NCBI GenBank assembly: GCA_000165345.1
Contig: CM000436.1
Span: 1-64,000, forward strand
Length of the DNA stretch: 64,000 nucleotides
Direction of reading: 5' to 3'
The translations under genes and the position numbers were made by a program. The notes beneath the pieces are model-generated. The model had not been told where the DNA came from, made no database searches, and saw nothing but the letters and a program-made list of their open reading frames with translations. This document shows, one piece after another, positions 20,318 to 31,447 of the stretch. Within the stretch, counting starts at the first letter, position 1. Every line of letters starts with the position of its first letter.

Positions 20318-21592
20318 CTAAGAGAATAATGAAAGGGACAAAGTCCAACCAGAAACATTAATAAGTGGTTTCACCCTGAGTAAGGAAACAAAGTGTGGAT
20401 ATTGAGTATCTTCTATCTTAAGTTTAGATCTCTCAAATTTATTTGACCTTTTGAAATAGCTGAATAAGGACGAATTAATAGAGAAAATTCTTGATACAGC
20501 AATATCTTTGGAGAATGTGAATGAAGCAAAAGAGCAAGTATTGGATTTAAAAATAGAATTTTCGTCAGTTGCTCCAAAGCTTGTTCTAGGTTTACTAGAA
20601 GCTCCAACAATCTGGAAATAGGAATTAAAATCTTCTGGCACAAGAATTTCAGAATGATGGTCATGACCAGAAATAATAAAATCCACTCTATATTTCTTAA
20701 TAAGTGGGAGAAGGATACTTGCAAGTCTTGTATGAGGTCCATGAAGGCCACTAGAGTAAATTGAATAGTGAGTGACGAGGATAATCCAATCAACGTTTTC
20801 AAAAACTGCGGCCTTTAATGTTTGTTCAATAAACTCTAGTTGTGAATATTTATAAGAAATAGAAGTCTTCTTGAAAGGATCTTGCGTTAAAGTCCAACTA
20901 TCGATGTATATAAATACAGCAGTGGAATTAACCTGCTTTTCAGAGAAATATTCAGAAATGGAGGTTTTATAACTAAGGTCCTCATTCCAGGAATTGTTTC
21001 TATTGACCATCGTATTTAAGTTATCAACTATTTCATCCAAGCAATCAATTTCGCAACTAGTGGAATTTTCAGTTTTGGAAGAATTAAAATGAAAACTATT
21101 ATTCGCTGAAATTTCCCCTAAGCCTGATTTTTCAAAAAGAGATGGCAAACTAACTTCTGATGTAAAAGTCACTTTTTCATACCACCAGTATCCTGGAAGA
21201 TACCAACGAGTATTATTAGCGTAATTTGTCCTATCAATTTGAGCTGTAGTACTTCCTCTCCAATCGTGGTCTCCTAAGCAAGAATGAACTTTTAAATGCT
21301 TGCTTAATTTTCCAAAAGGTTCCTCCAATATTTCTGTCCACGCAGCATCTTCCACAGATTTCACCCCCCTCTGATAAAAGTTATCTCCCACCGAAATAAT
21401 AAACTTAGGGTTCATAGCAGATTCTAAACTGCCCATTTTTGTTGTTACATTCACAAGGCACTCCGTCTTTTCACCCCAATCCCCAATTGAAAAAACAGTT
21501 AGCTCACACAATGAGTATCTTAATATGCTGACAATAAATATTGTTGCAAGCCCAAAATACTTGCTACGAATATTCATTTGCTGCCCTATCAT
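20318..21592 (-). CDS. Calcineurin-like metallophosphoesterase of the tartrate-resistant / purple acid phosphatase (ACP5-like) type, with an N-terminal signal peptide.
   Basis: Motifs appear in canonical order: GDWG, GDNFY, LGDHDW, VTHYSIYSSGLHGP, GHDHH. Confidence 0.75.
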   Translation of the reverse strand: MIGQQMNIRSKYFGLATIFIVSILRYSLCELTVFSIGDWGEKTECLVNVTTKMGSLESAMNPKFIISVGDNFYQRGVKSVEDAAWTEILEEPFGKLSKHLKVHSCLGDHDWRGSTTAQIDRTNYANNTRWYLPGYWWYEKVTFTSEVSLPSLFEKSGLGEISANNSFHFNSSKTENSTSCEIDCLDEIVDNLNTMVNRNNSWNEDLSYKTSISEYFSEKQVNSTAVFIYIDSWTLTQDPFKKTSISYKYSQLEFIEQTLKAAVFENVDWIILVTHYSIYSSGLHGPHTRLASILLPLIKKYRVDFIISGHDHHSEILVPEDFNSYFQIVGASSKPRTSFGATDENSIFKSNTCSFASFTFSKDIAVSRIFSINSSLFSYFKRSNKFERSKLKIEDTQYPHFVSLLRVKPLINVSGWTLSLSLFS

Positions 21593-21765
21593 CCTGATAA
21601 CTTTGAAATAAGAATTTCAATCATGCAAATTTTGTACTAACAAATTTGACTAAGAAAATATAAATATAATTTGTTTGATTGATTGTAAAAATGAGCTTAT
21701 TTATTTAATTATAATTCTTATTTATTTCACGTCTTACATGCTCAACTTTTTTGCATTTTATTAGT

Positions 21766-21776
21766 TGGCGCCACCA
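21766..21776. promoter_or_regulatory. TTGGCGCCACC palindrome-containing element in the divergent promoter region between the acid phosphatase and amino-acid transporter genes.
   Basis: GGCGCC palindrome within the 440-bp intergenic region shared by divergently transcribed genes. Confidence 0.4.
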
Positions 21777-22032
21777 CTGACATTATCTGGATTAATTGGT
21801 ACTTATTTGGGCGGGAATGCATTCTAGCCACTGAAAAAATTCAAAAACTGTAAATACAAAGTTTGGTGTGAAAATAACTGTTAATATAAGAGTAATTTCA
21901 TATTTACTGAAATTGTAAATCATAAATCTAGAACTGAATTTTTACTTTATAAACAATTATTTTAAAGTTTAACTTAGAATTAACAAAGTTTAATTCTATT
22001 TATAATTAATTTTTAAAGACCATTAGTTTAAT

Positions 22033-23466
22033 TTGCAAATTTTCTATAAGAAAATGAATTCAAATATGAGCAAGCCTCTTTTGGAGATTAGAGGCAATGG
22101 ATGTCGTAATCTTTCAAGGAGTTCAATTTCAAGTTATAAAACTATGAATCGAACACAATCTTTGGCTATTTATGGTCTTTTTGAAGATGAACCAGAAACA
22201 CTTCCAGGACTTGGTGGTGCAATTCAAGGATCTTCTTTAAGTGAGGCAGTTTCAGCAATGGTTAATACTATGCTTGGAATTGGTACTCTAGCTATACCTT
22301 TGGCGTATGCAGCTAATGGTTTATTACAAGGAATATTACTTACAATCTTTTGTGCATTTTTATCATCTCTTTCACTCTATCTCTTATCCTCAATAGCAAT
22401 GGAATATGGTGATGATGTCAGCTTTTATTCAGTTACTGCTAACCATATGCCCGGGTTAAAGTTGATTGTTGATAGTGCAATCGTTATCAAATCTTTAGGA
22501 GTATCTACTTCATATCTTATGGTTGTTGGAGATTTAGTATACTCATTATTCTTCTATAATAATTCTTTTGGGATTGATCCAAAGGTTCTGAGAGCCATTG
22601 TTCTATTAACATCAGTTGTTTTTTTTATTGCTCCAGCATCTTTTCCTCATAAACTAAAATCTATGAAATATACTAACTGGCTCAGTGTTATTTGCATATT
22701 ATATGTGGTTGCTGTTGTATTCTTCAGACTTATGTATAGTGTAAGAACAACGTATTTGCCTGGGCTTGAAGAACAACCTGCCTTTTTAACAGGGAACTTG
22801 GATTATTTCAGTACACTTTCACTTCGTAGAACACTTGAGACTTTTCCTATACTCATTTTTGCATTTACTTGCCAGCAAAATATATTTACAGTATCAAATG
22901 AACTTCACAACAGAACCTTGAATAGACTTTCTAAGATTATTATTATTTCCATTGGAACAGGTGTTGTTGTTTATTCTATCATTGGAATTTCTGGATATCT
23001 ACTTTTTGGTCGTCTAATCAACAAAGCAAATGTATTGGAATTATTTAAAACTAATACTTTGGATATTTTTATTGCAAAATTCTTCATTGCAGTATCTATG
23101 GTATTTTCCTTCCCCATTCAATGCCATCCATGTAGAAGATCTTTATCAATTTTACTTTACAGTGGTGTAACTGAAATGGAACCTAAAGCAGAAAAAAGAG
23201 CTTTGAATCTTATTACAGTTTTTATTCTTGTTTTAACAACATCTTGTGCCATTTACTTTACAAATCTTGGCCTTGCTTACGAACTTGTTGGTACAATTTG
23301 CAGCAACACCACTGCCTTTATTATACCTTCTCTTTTATATATTAAGGTGTTTGATCACAAAGGACTAACAATTGAAAAACTCCTTGCATTCTTTTTACTC
23401 ATTATGGCTGTTTTGATTCTTATATTGTGTTTGAGTGCGATTTTTATCGGGTTATTGAGAAAGTAG
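22033..23466 (+). CDS. Amino acid transporter of the Aa_trans / SLC38-AVT family (PF01490-like), a multi-pass membrane protein.
   Basis: 477 aa with about 11 hydrophobic helices. The N-proximal motif LAIYGLFEDEPE...SLSEAVSAMVNTMLGIGTLAIPLAYAANGLLQG is typical of Aa_trans proteins. Confidence 0.75.
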   Translation: MQIFYKKMNSNMSKPLLEIRGNGCRNLSRSSISSYKTMNRTQSLAIYGLFEDEPETLPGLGGAIQGSSLSEAVSAMVNTMLGIGTLAIPLAYAANGLLQGILLTIFCAFLSSLSLYLLSSIAMEYGDDVSFYSVTANHMPGLKLIVDSAIVIKSLGVSTSYLMVVGDLVYSLFFYNNSFGIDPKVLRAIVLLTSVVFFIAPASFPHKLKSMKYTNWLSVICILYVVAVVFFRLMYSVRTTYLPGLEEQPAFLTGNLDYFSTLSLRRTLETFPILIFAFTCQQNIFTVSNELHNRTLNRLSKIIIISIGTGVVVYSIIGISGYLLFGRLINKANVLELFKTNTLDIFIAKFFIAVSMVFSFPIQCHPCRRSLSILLYSGVTEMEPKAEKRALNLITVFILVLTTSCAIYFTNLGLAYELVGTICSNTTAFIIPSLLYIKVFDHKGLTIEKLLAFFLLIMAVLILILCLSAIFIGLLRK

Positions 23467-23663
23467 TGCTAAAATACTCATTTCATCTAGATTAACCCCT
23501 CTCAAGTAATATTATAATATAATAAACTAATAGTCTAGATTAGTTTACTAAAATAAGACATTTTCTAACAAAATATTTTGATTAAATAATCTTATAAACT
23601 CTAAGTCGGTAATTGTCTAACTAAAACCAAGTGTTTACTTTTTTTTTGATCATTTTTTACTAA

Positions 23664-26513
23664 TCAAACAGATAATGCCTTTGATATTTCAGTCAGATTC
23701 GAATTTGAAAGAAATAGACTGAAAAGTACAAATGTGTATTTAAGTTCATTGACTTTTTTTGCAAGATTATCATCAAAAAGAAGTCTAGCGTTACCTGAAA
23801 ATGGATTCGAGTTCAATAAGTCTTCTAGTGAGGGTATTATTATCTCGCTATAAATTAAAGGCTTGATTATAACTTCTGTAAGTTCTAATTTTATGTCATT
23901 AATCATTTCTTCTTTTAGTTCTCTAAGCATTACTATTGGTCCGTCATACATAGTAGAAATATATTCCATTTTCTCTTTTTTCTCTTCTTTGAGATTTGGT
24001 TTTGATTCTTGGAAGTCATTATATAATTTAGACTCGGATATGAGTGAACTATTGGCATTAATATCTTGGCCTAAATTGACTATAGTAAAGTAAACAATAT
24101 CAACGGACTCTAATAATATTGAAGCCATTGGAATCATAGGGCCTACCTTATGTCCAATTCTATTCCATTCTCCTCTAACATAATTAATGAACTCTTTAAC
24201 AATGCTTTGTTCAACAATAGGGACAGAAAAGGTTTTTGTGAAAACCTTTGGTGGGTAATAATCCAATTCAATCTTAATTTCATGGAACTTGGCTAAAATT
24301 ATATCTTTGATCCTATATTTACCTCCTTCGTCATTATCCAAATAATATTGGCTCTTCTCGAAAGATTTACAAGAATCTACAAGCAGCATTACCTTTCCTG
24401 AAAATGCATTCAAAAGTTCAACTGTTTCTATTGAGTAACCCAAAACTAAAATAAGATGACTAATTCCCTGATTCCCAGTAGATGAAGACTTAATAGGCAT
24501 TATCAAAGTCTGGCCATTTCTTGATAAAGAGTCATTCGAAATATAAACCACAGTTTCTGAAAACCACTTCAAAATTATATTCTGATCAGAAGAACCACAG
24601 TGGGAACAAATAGATGAATATAAATCATGTATTGACCTTTTCATATTAAATTTATCTATATAACTGGAAATCAAAGATTCTGATAGGTATCCCAAAGTCT
24701 GCCCTGCAATATATATACGATTAAGGATGCAATACCAATCTAATATTCCACACTCTGATGGGAAAGTCGATGGCTTATTAAACATTTCAAGGTACTCAGA
24801 ATCTGGATTTCCCATAACCAATGTGAAAGCAGATTTTGCCCAACTGACAGCAGTTTTTGAAAGATCCTCCATCTGTAGAATATTATTATCCTCGTCAAAT
24901 AACCCATCTATTGAACTTTTCTTTGTTAAAACTAACTTGTTAACATTTAAGTTTGTTATTAAGTCGAATGGAATAAACATTGAAGTTTCTTCATCTATAT
25001 CTTTCCATTGTCTATAAACCAATAATAAATGTTCTATCAACTTCTCAAATATACAGTCTGTCTTGTTATCTCTGATAGCTGCTCCATCTTTATATAAGGC
25101 TCTTCTTAGGAAGATTCTTAGTGCGTTCTGAAGATTGTAGATTAAAGTAATGCTCAGAATTTTCTTTGGTTCAACTAAAACAATTTTATTCATCTCTTCT
25201 ATATACTTTTCTTTATCTATATAAGATGGAATATGCTTACTCGTATATGTTTTTATAGCATCGTTTTCCTCAATATTTTTTATTTTCATAAAATTTTTAT
25301 TTAAATCATTCCAAAGGTTATTCAAATATTCAGAATGAGATTTGAATAATGAAAAATATGTCTCAAGAAGCCACTCTGGTTTTTCGATGTTCGAAAGAGA
25401 ACTATTTCTCGAAAAAAACAAAGGCTTGACCTTGTTTGCAATATCAGTTCCGAGCCTAGAAATTATTTCCTCGCAAACATTAATCTTTGAAATCTTGTAG
25501 TCATTACTCAATTCTATACTTGCTGAACCATTTAGCTCCCTACATTCAAATCCTAATTCAATACAAATAGAAGCTAATACAAGCAAAATGCCAATAGAAT
25601 GAGAAATTCTCTCGTTTTTTTCTAGTTTAGAAAGAACTGGAGGGCCGTCAAAAGCACATTGTGGAGATTTTCTGCTAAGAACTTGCTGTACAATTTTATC
25701 AAGCTGGCCCCAATCGCAATAATTCTTCAAAAACAAAGTAATCTGGTTAATTAAAATCTCTAAAATGTAATCCAAAATCCTTGAAATCTCACTGTACATA
25801 GAATTCTTTATGTTTAATTTAACATTTCTTCCATTTTCAATCAAGTTTATTTTTAATGTACAATCTTTTAAGTTAGATAATAAAGTATATATTTCCGAGC
25901 TTTTCAGGCTTTTTGATTTTTTCATTAAATCAGAAACTTGTTCAATTTTGTTTGATAATACAAGCAACTCCTTGAGATAATCACTCACCTGGGTTAAAAC
26001 CTCCATTTTCTTTAAATCCAAGTAATTTATCTTATCTAATATAGATTCTTCACGGAAGTTTAAACCATCAAGCCTTTGTACTAAAGAATTTATCCTTATC
26101 ACTACTTTATCCAACATTGAATCGTTCATGATAATGTTATTTGAATAATCAACTTTAGCATCCAAAAGCTTATTTTGAAGTTCATTCAATCTTTCATTTG
26201 CCACCACTTCCCTAGCTCTTATGAGATCCTTAACCTCTGCTACCCATTCCCTTATACTTGGTCTTCTTTTACGTGGGGAAGTTCTAATTGCATTGGTAAT
26301 CTCACGGATCAAGATTTTAAGTTCTTTCTTTGAAGATAAAGCATTTTCTTCCAGTGATTTGGGTTTAATTACTGCTAATTTTTTAGAAATTGAGTGCCTC
26401 TTTAATAGTAAAGGTATAATATTTGTTCTACAAAATTCCTGTCTTTCTCGAAATTCAATGCAACAGGCTATGAATGAACGAGTTGGAGGTTTGAAAGTGA
26501 GGTTTTTCAACAT
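23664..26513 (-). CDS. Large alpha-helical hypothetical protein, 949 aa, possibly a vesicle-tethering (CATCHR-like) subunit.
   Basis: Intact ORF with coiled-coil-rich composition. I recognise no diagnostic motif. Confidence 0.5.
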   Translation of the reverse strand: MLKNLTFKPPTRSFIACCIEFRERQEFCRTNIIPLLLKRHSISKKLAVIKPKSLEENALSSKKELKILIREITNAIRTSPRKRRPSIREWVAEVKDLIRAREVVANERLNELQNKLLDAKVDYSNNIIMNDSMLDKVVIRINSLVQRLDGLNFREESILDKINYLDLKKMEVLTQVSDYLKELLVLSNKIEQVSDLMKKSKSLKSSEIYTLLSNLKDCTLKINLIENGRNVKLNIKNSMYSEISRILDYILEILINQITLFLKNYCDWGQLDKIVQQVLSRKSPQCAFDGPPVLSKLEKNERISHSIGILLVLASICIELGFECRELNGSASIELSNDYKISKINVCEEIISRLGTDIANKVKPLFFSRNSSLSNIEKPEWLLETYFSLFKSHSEYLNNLWNDLNKNFMKIKNIEENDAIKTYTSKHIPSYIDKEKYIEEMNKIVLVEPKKILSITLIYNLQNALRIFLRRALYKDGAAIRDNKTDCIFEKLIEHLLLVYRQWKDIDEETSMFIPFDLITNLNVNKLVLTKKSSIDGLFDEDNNILQMEDLSKTAVSWAKSAFTLVMGNPDSEYLEMFNKPSTFPSECGILDWYCILNRIYIAGQTLGYLSESLISSYIDKFNMKRSIHDLYSSICSHCGSSDQNIILKWFSETVVYISNDSLSRNGQTLIMPIKSSSTGNQGISHLILVLGYSIETVELLNAFSGKVMLLVDSCKSFEKSQYYLDNDEGGKYRIKDIILAKFHEIKIELDYYPPKVFTKTFSVPIVEQSIVKEFINYVRGEWNRIGHKVGPMIPMASILLESVDIVYFTIVNLGQDINANSSLISESKLYNDFQESKPNLKEEKKEKMEYISTMYDGPIVMLRELKEEMINDIKLELTEVIIKPLIYSEIIIPSLEDLLNSNPFSGNARLLFDDNLAKKVNELKYTFVLFSLFLSNSNLTEISKALSV

Positions 26514-26895
26514 CTATCAACCACTAAGTATCTTTATATTATTAAAATTGCATTATTCTCTTCAGATTTTATTTTTTCATACTTTTTTATTTACCGTCTG
26601 AATTTACTCCATTAAAATTGCATTATGAAACCCCGCTAAATTCACTCAAATACTATAGACTCAAATTTGAATCCAAGATCAAAAAGATTCTTAAAATAAG
26701 TGATTAATTAGCTTATTAGGACTACTTTATTCCTAAACTACTTCTAATGTTGTTTCTATCAGGTAGATGGGCTATATTTCACTAATTTTTATAAAATTTA
26801 TAACTTTACAAAAAGCAGTATCAGTATTGTTATAGGATTAATCTGCGTGATAAATCTCTTGAAATATAGAAATCAATTCTCAAATATTCCTCTGC

Positions 26896-29800
26896 CTAGT
26901 CCCACTCTTTAAATATCCAACCACTACGTTCAATTGCTCCTAAAATATTATTTAAGAAAGATACAGATTTGAGCTCAGATAAATAGTGACCTTTGTTAGA
27001 GTCTATTGATCTTCTAGGGAAAATAGGGCTTTTCTTATTAGAAAGAATCTCAATATCACGGTGGAAAACCACTGTGAGAATCAGCTGGTCAAATAGCTTC
27101 TGGATATTAATGGATCTGTACCTTTTTAAAAGCTCCCTGTTATTACAATGATGAACGGAAAAGATGTCCAATCCAAAGTTGTCTTTATCAAACGAGCAGT
27201 ATTCAGGAAGAAATCCTATAAGCTGAGAAATATCCGTTTTACCTTGTTCTTGAGATTCTTTGTCTCGACAATTTTCCATTAAAGGTGAATTATTGTAGTG
27301 GCTTGGATCAAAAACTAACCAGTTCTGTAATACAACTTCTATCTTTGAAATTACCTGAGATATACTTTGGTTTACATTATCAATCTGTCTATCCAAGTTT
27401 AATTGCTGAAGAGAGCTTCTTCTTTGATTATTGGATGCAGGAGATGCAAACTTATTGAAAGGTGATGAAAGTAAGCTGCTTCCAGGAGATATGACGGGGC
27501 TTTGAAAATGCTCTCTATGTTTATTAGAGCCTCCTAACCCAAATTGATGAAGGTTTTCATTATTAAAAACATCTTGTTCTGATTGTTTAACACAATCCCA
27601 AAGCCTCTCTACAGAGTCATGATAAATTTTTACTAAGCCTAGTACTTTAAAGAATGTAAGCTGTGAACTTAGAAATCTAATTGGAGAAAATGGAATAAAT
27701 ACATTTTGCACTCGAATAAAGTTCCCTATTGAGAATATACTTGCTAGATTTTGCTCCCAATTTGAAGCTTGAAGGATTCCATGAGATTCTTTTAACTTTG
27801 AAATTTTATATCTGCTGTAATTTGGACTAATATTCTCAGTATTAGACGCCAATACAGTAATTAGTCTGATCATAATTGGTTCTAAAACTAACGGAATGAT
27901 AAATTCGAATATACATGCATTAGATCGTGTAACGTTCAATACAAATTGGTGATATTCAAGGGTGACAATATCGTGAGATCCAGAAAGTTTTGTAATTTCC
28001 AGTGCAAACAATAATAGACAAAGAGGGTTTAGCTGACTCAGGAAGAATAACCCAATAACCACTTCACTTGTTGTTTGATTACAAGGATTTTCAGATAGTA
28101 GATTTTGTTCTAGAGACTTGAGTGATTCTTCCAAATAATTAGAACTGTGGCTTACTACCCCTCCTCCATTTAATCCTGTGTGTTTGTGATTTATATATTG
28201 CAGAACCTTGAAGATTAGTTCAGATGAAGGAGAATAGTCTTGCCTAATTATCAGAAACTGAAAAATAGTTCCAAAAAGTAAAACAACGAATTCCAAATAT
28301 GAAATCAAGGAATCTATATGTTCGGGAGAATTGCCTCCATCTCTACTGAATAGAGTATGTATTTCCCCATATAGTTGGTCTTGTAATGTCATAGTAACTT
28401 GCATAGTTTCTGTAGGGAACTGAGTAATTAGATTATAAACCAATTTTTGAAAGCTTGGGATCTCTAAATTAGCTTGATGAGTTGAAAGTATTTTAAGTAT
28501 ATATTCCAATTTAAATTCTTCAGATGAATACTCTAGCATTATCAGAAATACATCCAAGGACTGACTGTTGCTCTCAAGAATATAATTCAAATATTGTGAG
28601 ACAAACCTATCTTTTTGGTTCTTGGAAAGATTATGTAAAGGATGCATAGAAATAGAATCAGAGAGTATTTCTAATTGAATGCTAGCTTGGGAAGGCTCCA
28701 AAGTATCAAAGTAATCCATAGAAGGCAATGAAGCCAAAGTGAACTCGTCAAAGATATTCACTGAGTAATTTTTGATATTATGCTTTTGAGAATTTTCAAC
28801 TTCAAGATGGGCAATTGTAATCTGAGAGATAAACGCTTTAAGAGAGCCAAGAGTTGAAAACTCATTTGACAATGTCGAAATATAATTCATAAAGTTTTCA
28901 AGAGCTCGAACAAGGTCATCTGCACGTTCTCTAATGTTCAATGCAGAGACAATAATTCCCAAATATACTTGGAAAAAATGGCCTTCAAACGATGATTTAC
29001 CTTCATCAAAATTTAAACATGCAATAGAATCAATTAAAGAATCAATTAGCTGCTTCTCTAGTTCCATCATATTGATTACGCCTTTGGTATCCTGGTCGTA
29101 GCAAAAGCAGTTGCTATTATAACCAATAATATCTGTCTCATTATCTTTATCTAGTATTGAGGCATTTCCCAAATCAATCCTTGTTTGAATACTATTGATC
29201 AAGTTATATTCAGAAATAGATTCACAATCCTCTGGTAAATAATAGCTTGTAAGTTCTGGATACAAATCCTGTGTTAATAGTTGCAACCTATTAAATAAGG
29301 AGTTTTCCAACTTCTTCTCATGGTATGTTTTTCCGAGGAAAATATGATTTCTTCCTGACTGAGTTCTAGATTCCAGAAAGTCTGCCCAGCCGTTAAATAT
29401 ATTGATTTTCTCAGTGTGGAAAAGTGCAAACAACTTGTCAAAGTTGTCTCCTGCCATTGAATAAAGTTGGTCAAAGTCCCCACATAAGATTGAATAGAAA
29501 GAAAGCTCCCATTCTCCTAGTTTATTTTCCAATTTTGTATTTTGATTTCTATTTTCAGATATCAATTGTCTTAGAAAATGGAAAAGCAGTGGCCTATTTA
29601 TATTACCTTCAGATTCAATTTCAACCTCTTCAGAATTTGTGGAGTCTTCAGAAGATGGAAATATTAAACTTCTCTCCATCAGGTCAATATATTCGAAAGA
29701 GACCTTAAACAAAGCATCATTTAAAGCTAATTCCCTATTTATTAAGCTCATAGAATTTACAGGTTGCCCTTCATTTGCTTTCCCAGTTAAAACCCCGTCC

Positions 29801-30660
29801 AATTCCATTGCATCATCCTCTTCATTATAATTAATCCACATATCATCAACTTTTGGTAGAACATCAATAAACTCTGAAAGATCTACATAGTGGTCACTTT
29901 GTTTCTCTGGATACAGATACGAATCCATTCCATCCACAAGGCATATTATCCAGTGAGCCTTTGCTCTCTCTCTAAGAAATGCATCCAGTTGCATTCTACA
30001 GCCTTTTCTAAGTAGCATAAACGCTACTTTAAATACCTCTTCGACACTTTCCCTATCTGATTGAGAAATTGCTGACTTGTCAACATTCAATGCCCAATCT
30101 AGACTATAAAATCGTTTTTGATTTTTTAAAGTTTTCCATAAAATCCTTGATTCTGGATAATCCATATAGTAAGTTTCTTTGAACACAATATCGTTCTGTT
30201 TACATGGATTCACTCTCGATTCCCATCTAAGCCATCTCAATACCCCCAAAACAACTCTGAAGATTGGAGAATATGCCATAGCATATCTCGAAACTTCACC
30301 TTCTGACATTTCTGGAATACTCAATAGCTTTCTATAACCATTCCCACCGCCACCAATATCAGTTCTAAACGTAAAACTTGCTTCAATCATGTTTCTCAAA
30401 CCCTCACCTATTAACTCATTAATTGAAAGACACCAAAGTAACTTCCAACAGCTCAAAATATAAAACAAAGGCATTGTTGAATCACTAGGCTGAAAACCTG
30501 AATCATCTGAGCATCTTTGAATATATTCAAAAGCGGATAATTCTAGGTAGTTTGCCATAACTCTGACCCTCTCAAAGCTTGCTAGCCGTGATCCGGAGCT
30601 GTCATTGCTCTGACTGCTTCCTGAAGGAGAAAGGTTTTGAGACATGGTGAGCTCGATCAA
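26896..30660 (-). CDS. Large hypothetical protein, 1254 aa, helical and possibly a scaffold or nucleoporin-like protein.
   Basis: Intact 3.8-kb ORF with an N-terminal Ser-rich region and no recognised catalytic motifs. A GGCGGGAAC E2F-like element lies at 30788-30798 upstream. Confidence 0.55.
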   Translation of the reverse strand: MIELTMSQNLSPSGSSQSNDSSGSRLASFERVRVMANYLELSAFEYIQRCSDDSGFQPSDSTMPLFYILSCWKLLWCLSINELIGEGLRNMIEASFTFRTDIGGGGNGYRKLLSIPEMSEGEVSRYAMAYSPIFRVVLGVLRWLRWESRVNPCKQNDIVFKETYYMDYPESRILWKTLKNQKRFYSLDWALNVDKSAISQSDRESVEEVFKVAFMLLRKGCRMQLDAFLRERAKAHWIICLVDGMDSYLYPEKQSDHYVDLSEFIDVLPKVDDMWINYNEEDDAMELDGVLTGKANEGQPVNSMSLINRELALNDALFKVSFEYIDLMERSLIFPSSEDSTNSEEVEIESEGNINRPLLFHFLRQLISENRNQNTKLENKLGEWELSFYSILCGDFDQLYSMAGDNFDKLFALFHTEKINIFNGWADFLESRTQSGRNHIFLGKTYHEKKLENSLFNRLQLLTQDLYPELTSYYLPEDCESISEYNLINSIQTRIDLGNASILDKDNETDIIGYNSNCFCYDQDTKGVINMMELEKQLIDSLIDSIACLNFDEGKSSFEGHFFQVYLGIIVSALNIRERADDLVRALENFMNYISTLSNEFSTLGSLKAFISQITIAHLEVENSQKHNIKNYSVNIFDEFTLASLPSMDYFDTLEPSQASIQLEILSDSISMHPLHNLSKNQKDRFVSQYLNYILESNSQSLDVFLIMLEYSSEEFKLEYILKILSTHQANLEIPSFQKLVYNLITQFPTETMQVTMTLQDQLYGEIHTLFSRDGGNSPEHIDSLISYLEFVVLLFGTIFQFLIIRQDYSPSSELIFKVLQYINHKHTGLNGGGVVSHSSNYLEESLKSLEQNLLSENPCNQTTSEVVIGLFFLSQLNPLCLLLFALEITKLSGSHDIVTLEYHQFVLNVTRSNACIFEFIIPLVLEPIMIRLITVLASNTENISPNYSRYKISKLKESHGILQASNWEQNLASIFSIGNFIRVQNVFIPFSPIRFLSSQLTFFKVLGLVKIYHDSVERLWDCVKQSEQDVFNNENLHQFGLGGSNKHREHFQSPVISPGSSLLSSPFNKFASPASNNQRRSSLQQLNLDRQIDNVNQSISQVISKIEVVLQNWLVFDPSHYNNSPLMENCRDKESQEQGKTDISQLIGFLPEYCSFDKDNFGLDIFSVHHCNNRELLKRYRSINIQKLFDQLILTVVFHRDIEILSNKKSPIFPRRSIDSNKGHYLSELKSVSFLNNILGAIERSGWIFKEWD

Positions 30661-30909
30661 GTATCTTTAACTACTTATTGCTCCCAAGTTTTTTAAACTG
30701 TCTCTTCCTCTCTTCTAATGAAAACCAATATATTGCTCCCAGTAATTAATTTTTATTTGCTTCCTTTTGCCTTAAACATATTCCTAGAAGGCGGGAACTT
30801 TGACCGGGCCCGTGTGGGGCATAATATAATGATTTAAAGATTTTGAATTCAAAAAAGAAAGTAGCAAAGCTTTAAATAAAAAAAGAAGAAATAAGAAAAG
30901 AATATAGAT

Positions 30910-31317
30910 ATGTTAGGGGTTACGAAACTTCCAGGTCATGGTTCGTCAACAAACGATCAGAATTCAAAAGATGATCCATCAAAGAGAGTAAACAACTGCC
31001 AGGTACAAAGTCCTGAGTTATATAAGAGATTTCTGGTTAGCACTGGTGTTTATGCGCTATTTGGTACAATTATTTCTGGAACTATTGGATCTATTGCATT
31101 AAAATCTCCAATATCAAGAAGGTTTGCGTTGGGAGTGGGTTTTGGAGCAGGATTGGGTTGGGGTGTCAAATCTGCCAATGATTTTATTAAATATACTGAG
31201 AAGAGGAACTTTGTCCCACCATTTCCTAAATCATCTGATGAGTGGATAGATAAAGGCGTTCTTACATTCCAGAAGTTCAAGAATGCTTTAAAGAATGCAG
31301 TTGATAAGAAGGAATAA
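30910..31317 (+). CDS. Small membrane protein, 135 aa, with a glycine-zipper motif (GVGFGAGLGWGV).
   Basis: ORF with one or two hydrophobic segments and a GxGxGxGxG motif. Confidence 0.4.
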   Translation: MLGVTKLPGHGSSTNDQNSKDDPSKRVNNCQVQSPELYKRFLVSTGVYALFGTIISGTIGSIALKSPISRRFALGVGFGAGLGWGVKSANDFIKYTEKRNFVPPFPKSSDEWIDKGVLTFQKFKNALKNAVDKKE

Positions 31318-31447
31318 ATTAATTTCTGCATTATTAGTTAAGGGCTTTAAACAACAATTGAGTAGAAACAGCTCAAAAGATTCTTTTATTAGGTCTTTAA
31401 GACCCAAATTTCCGAGTAAATTGCTTGGGCCTACAATACGATCAAAA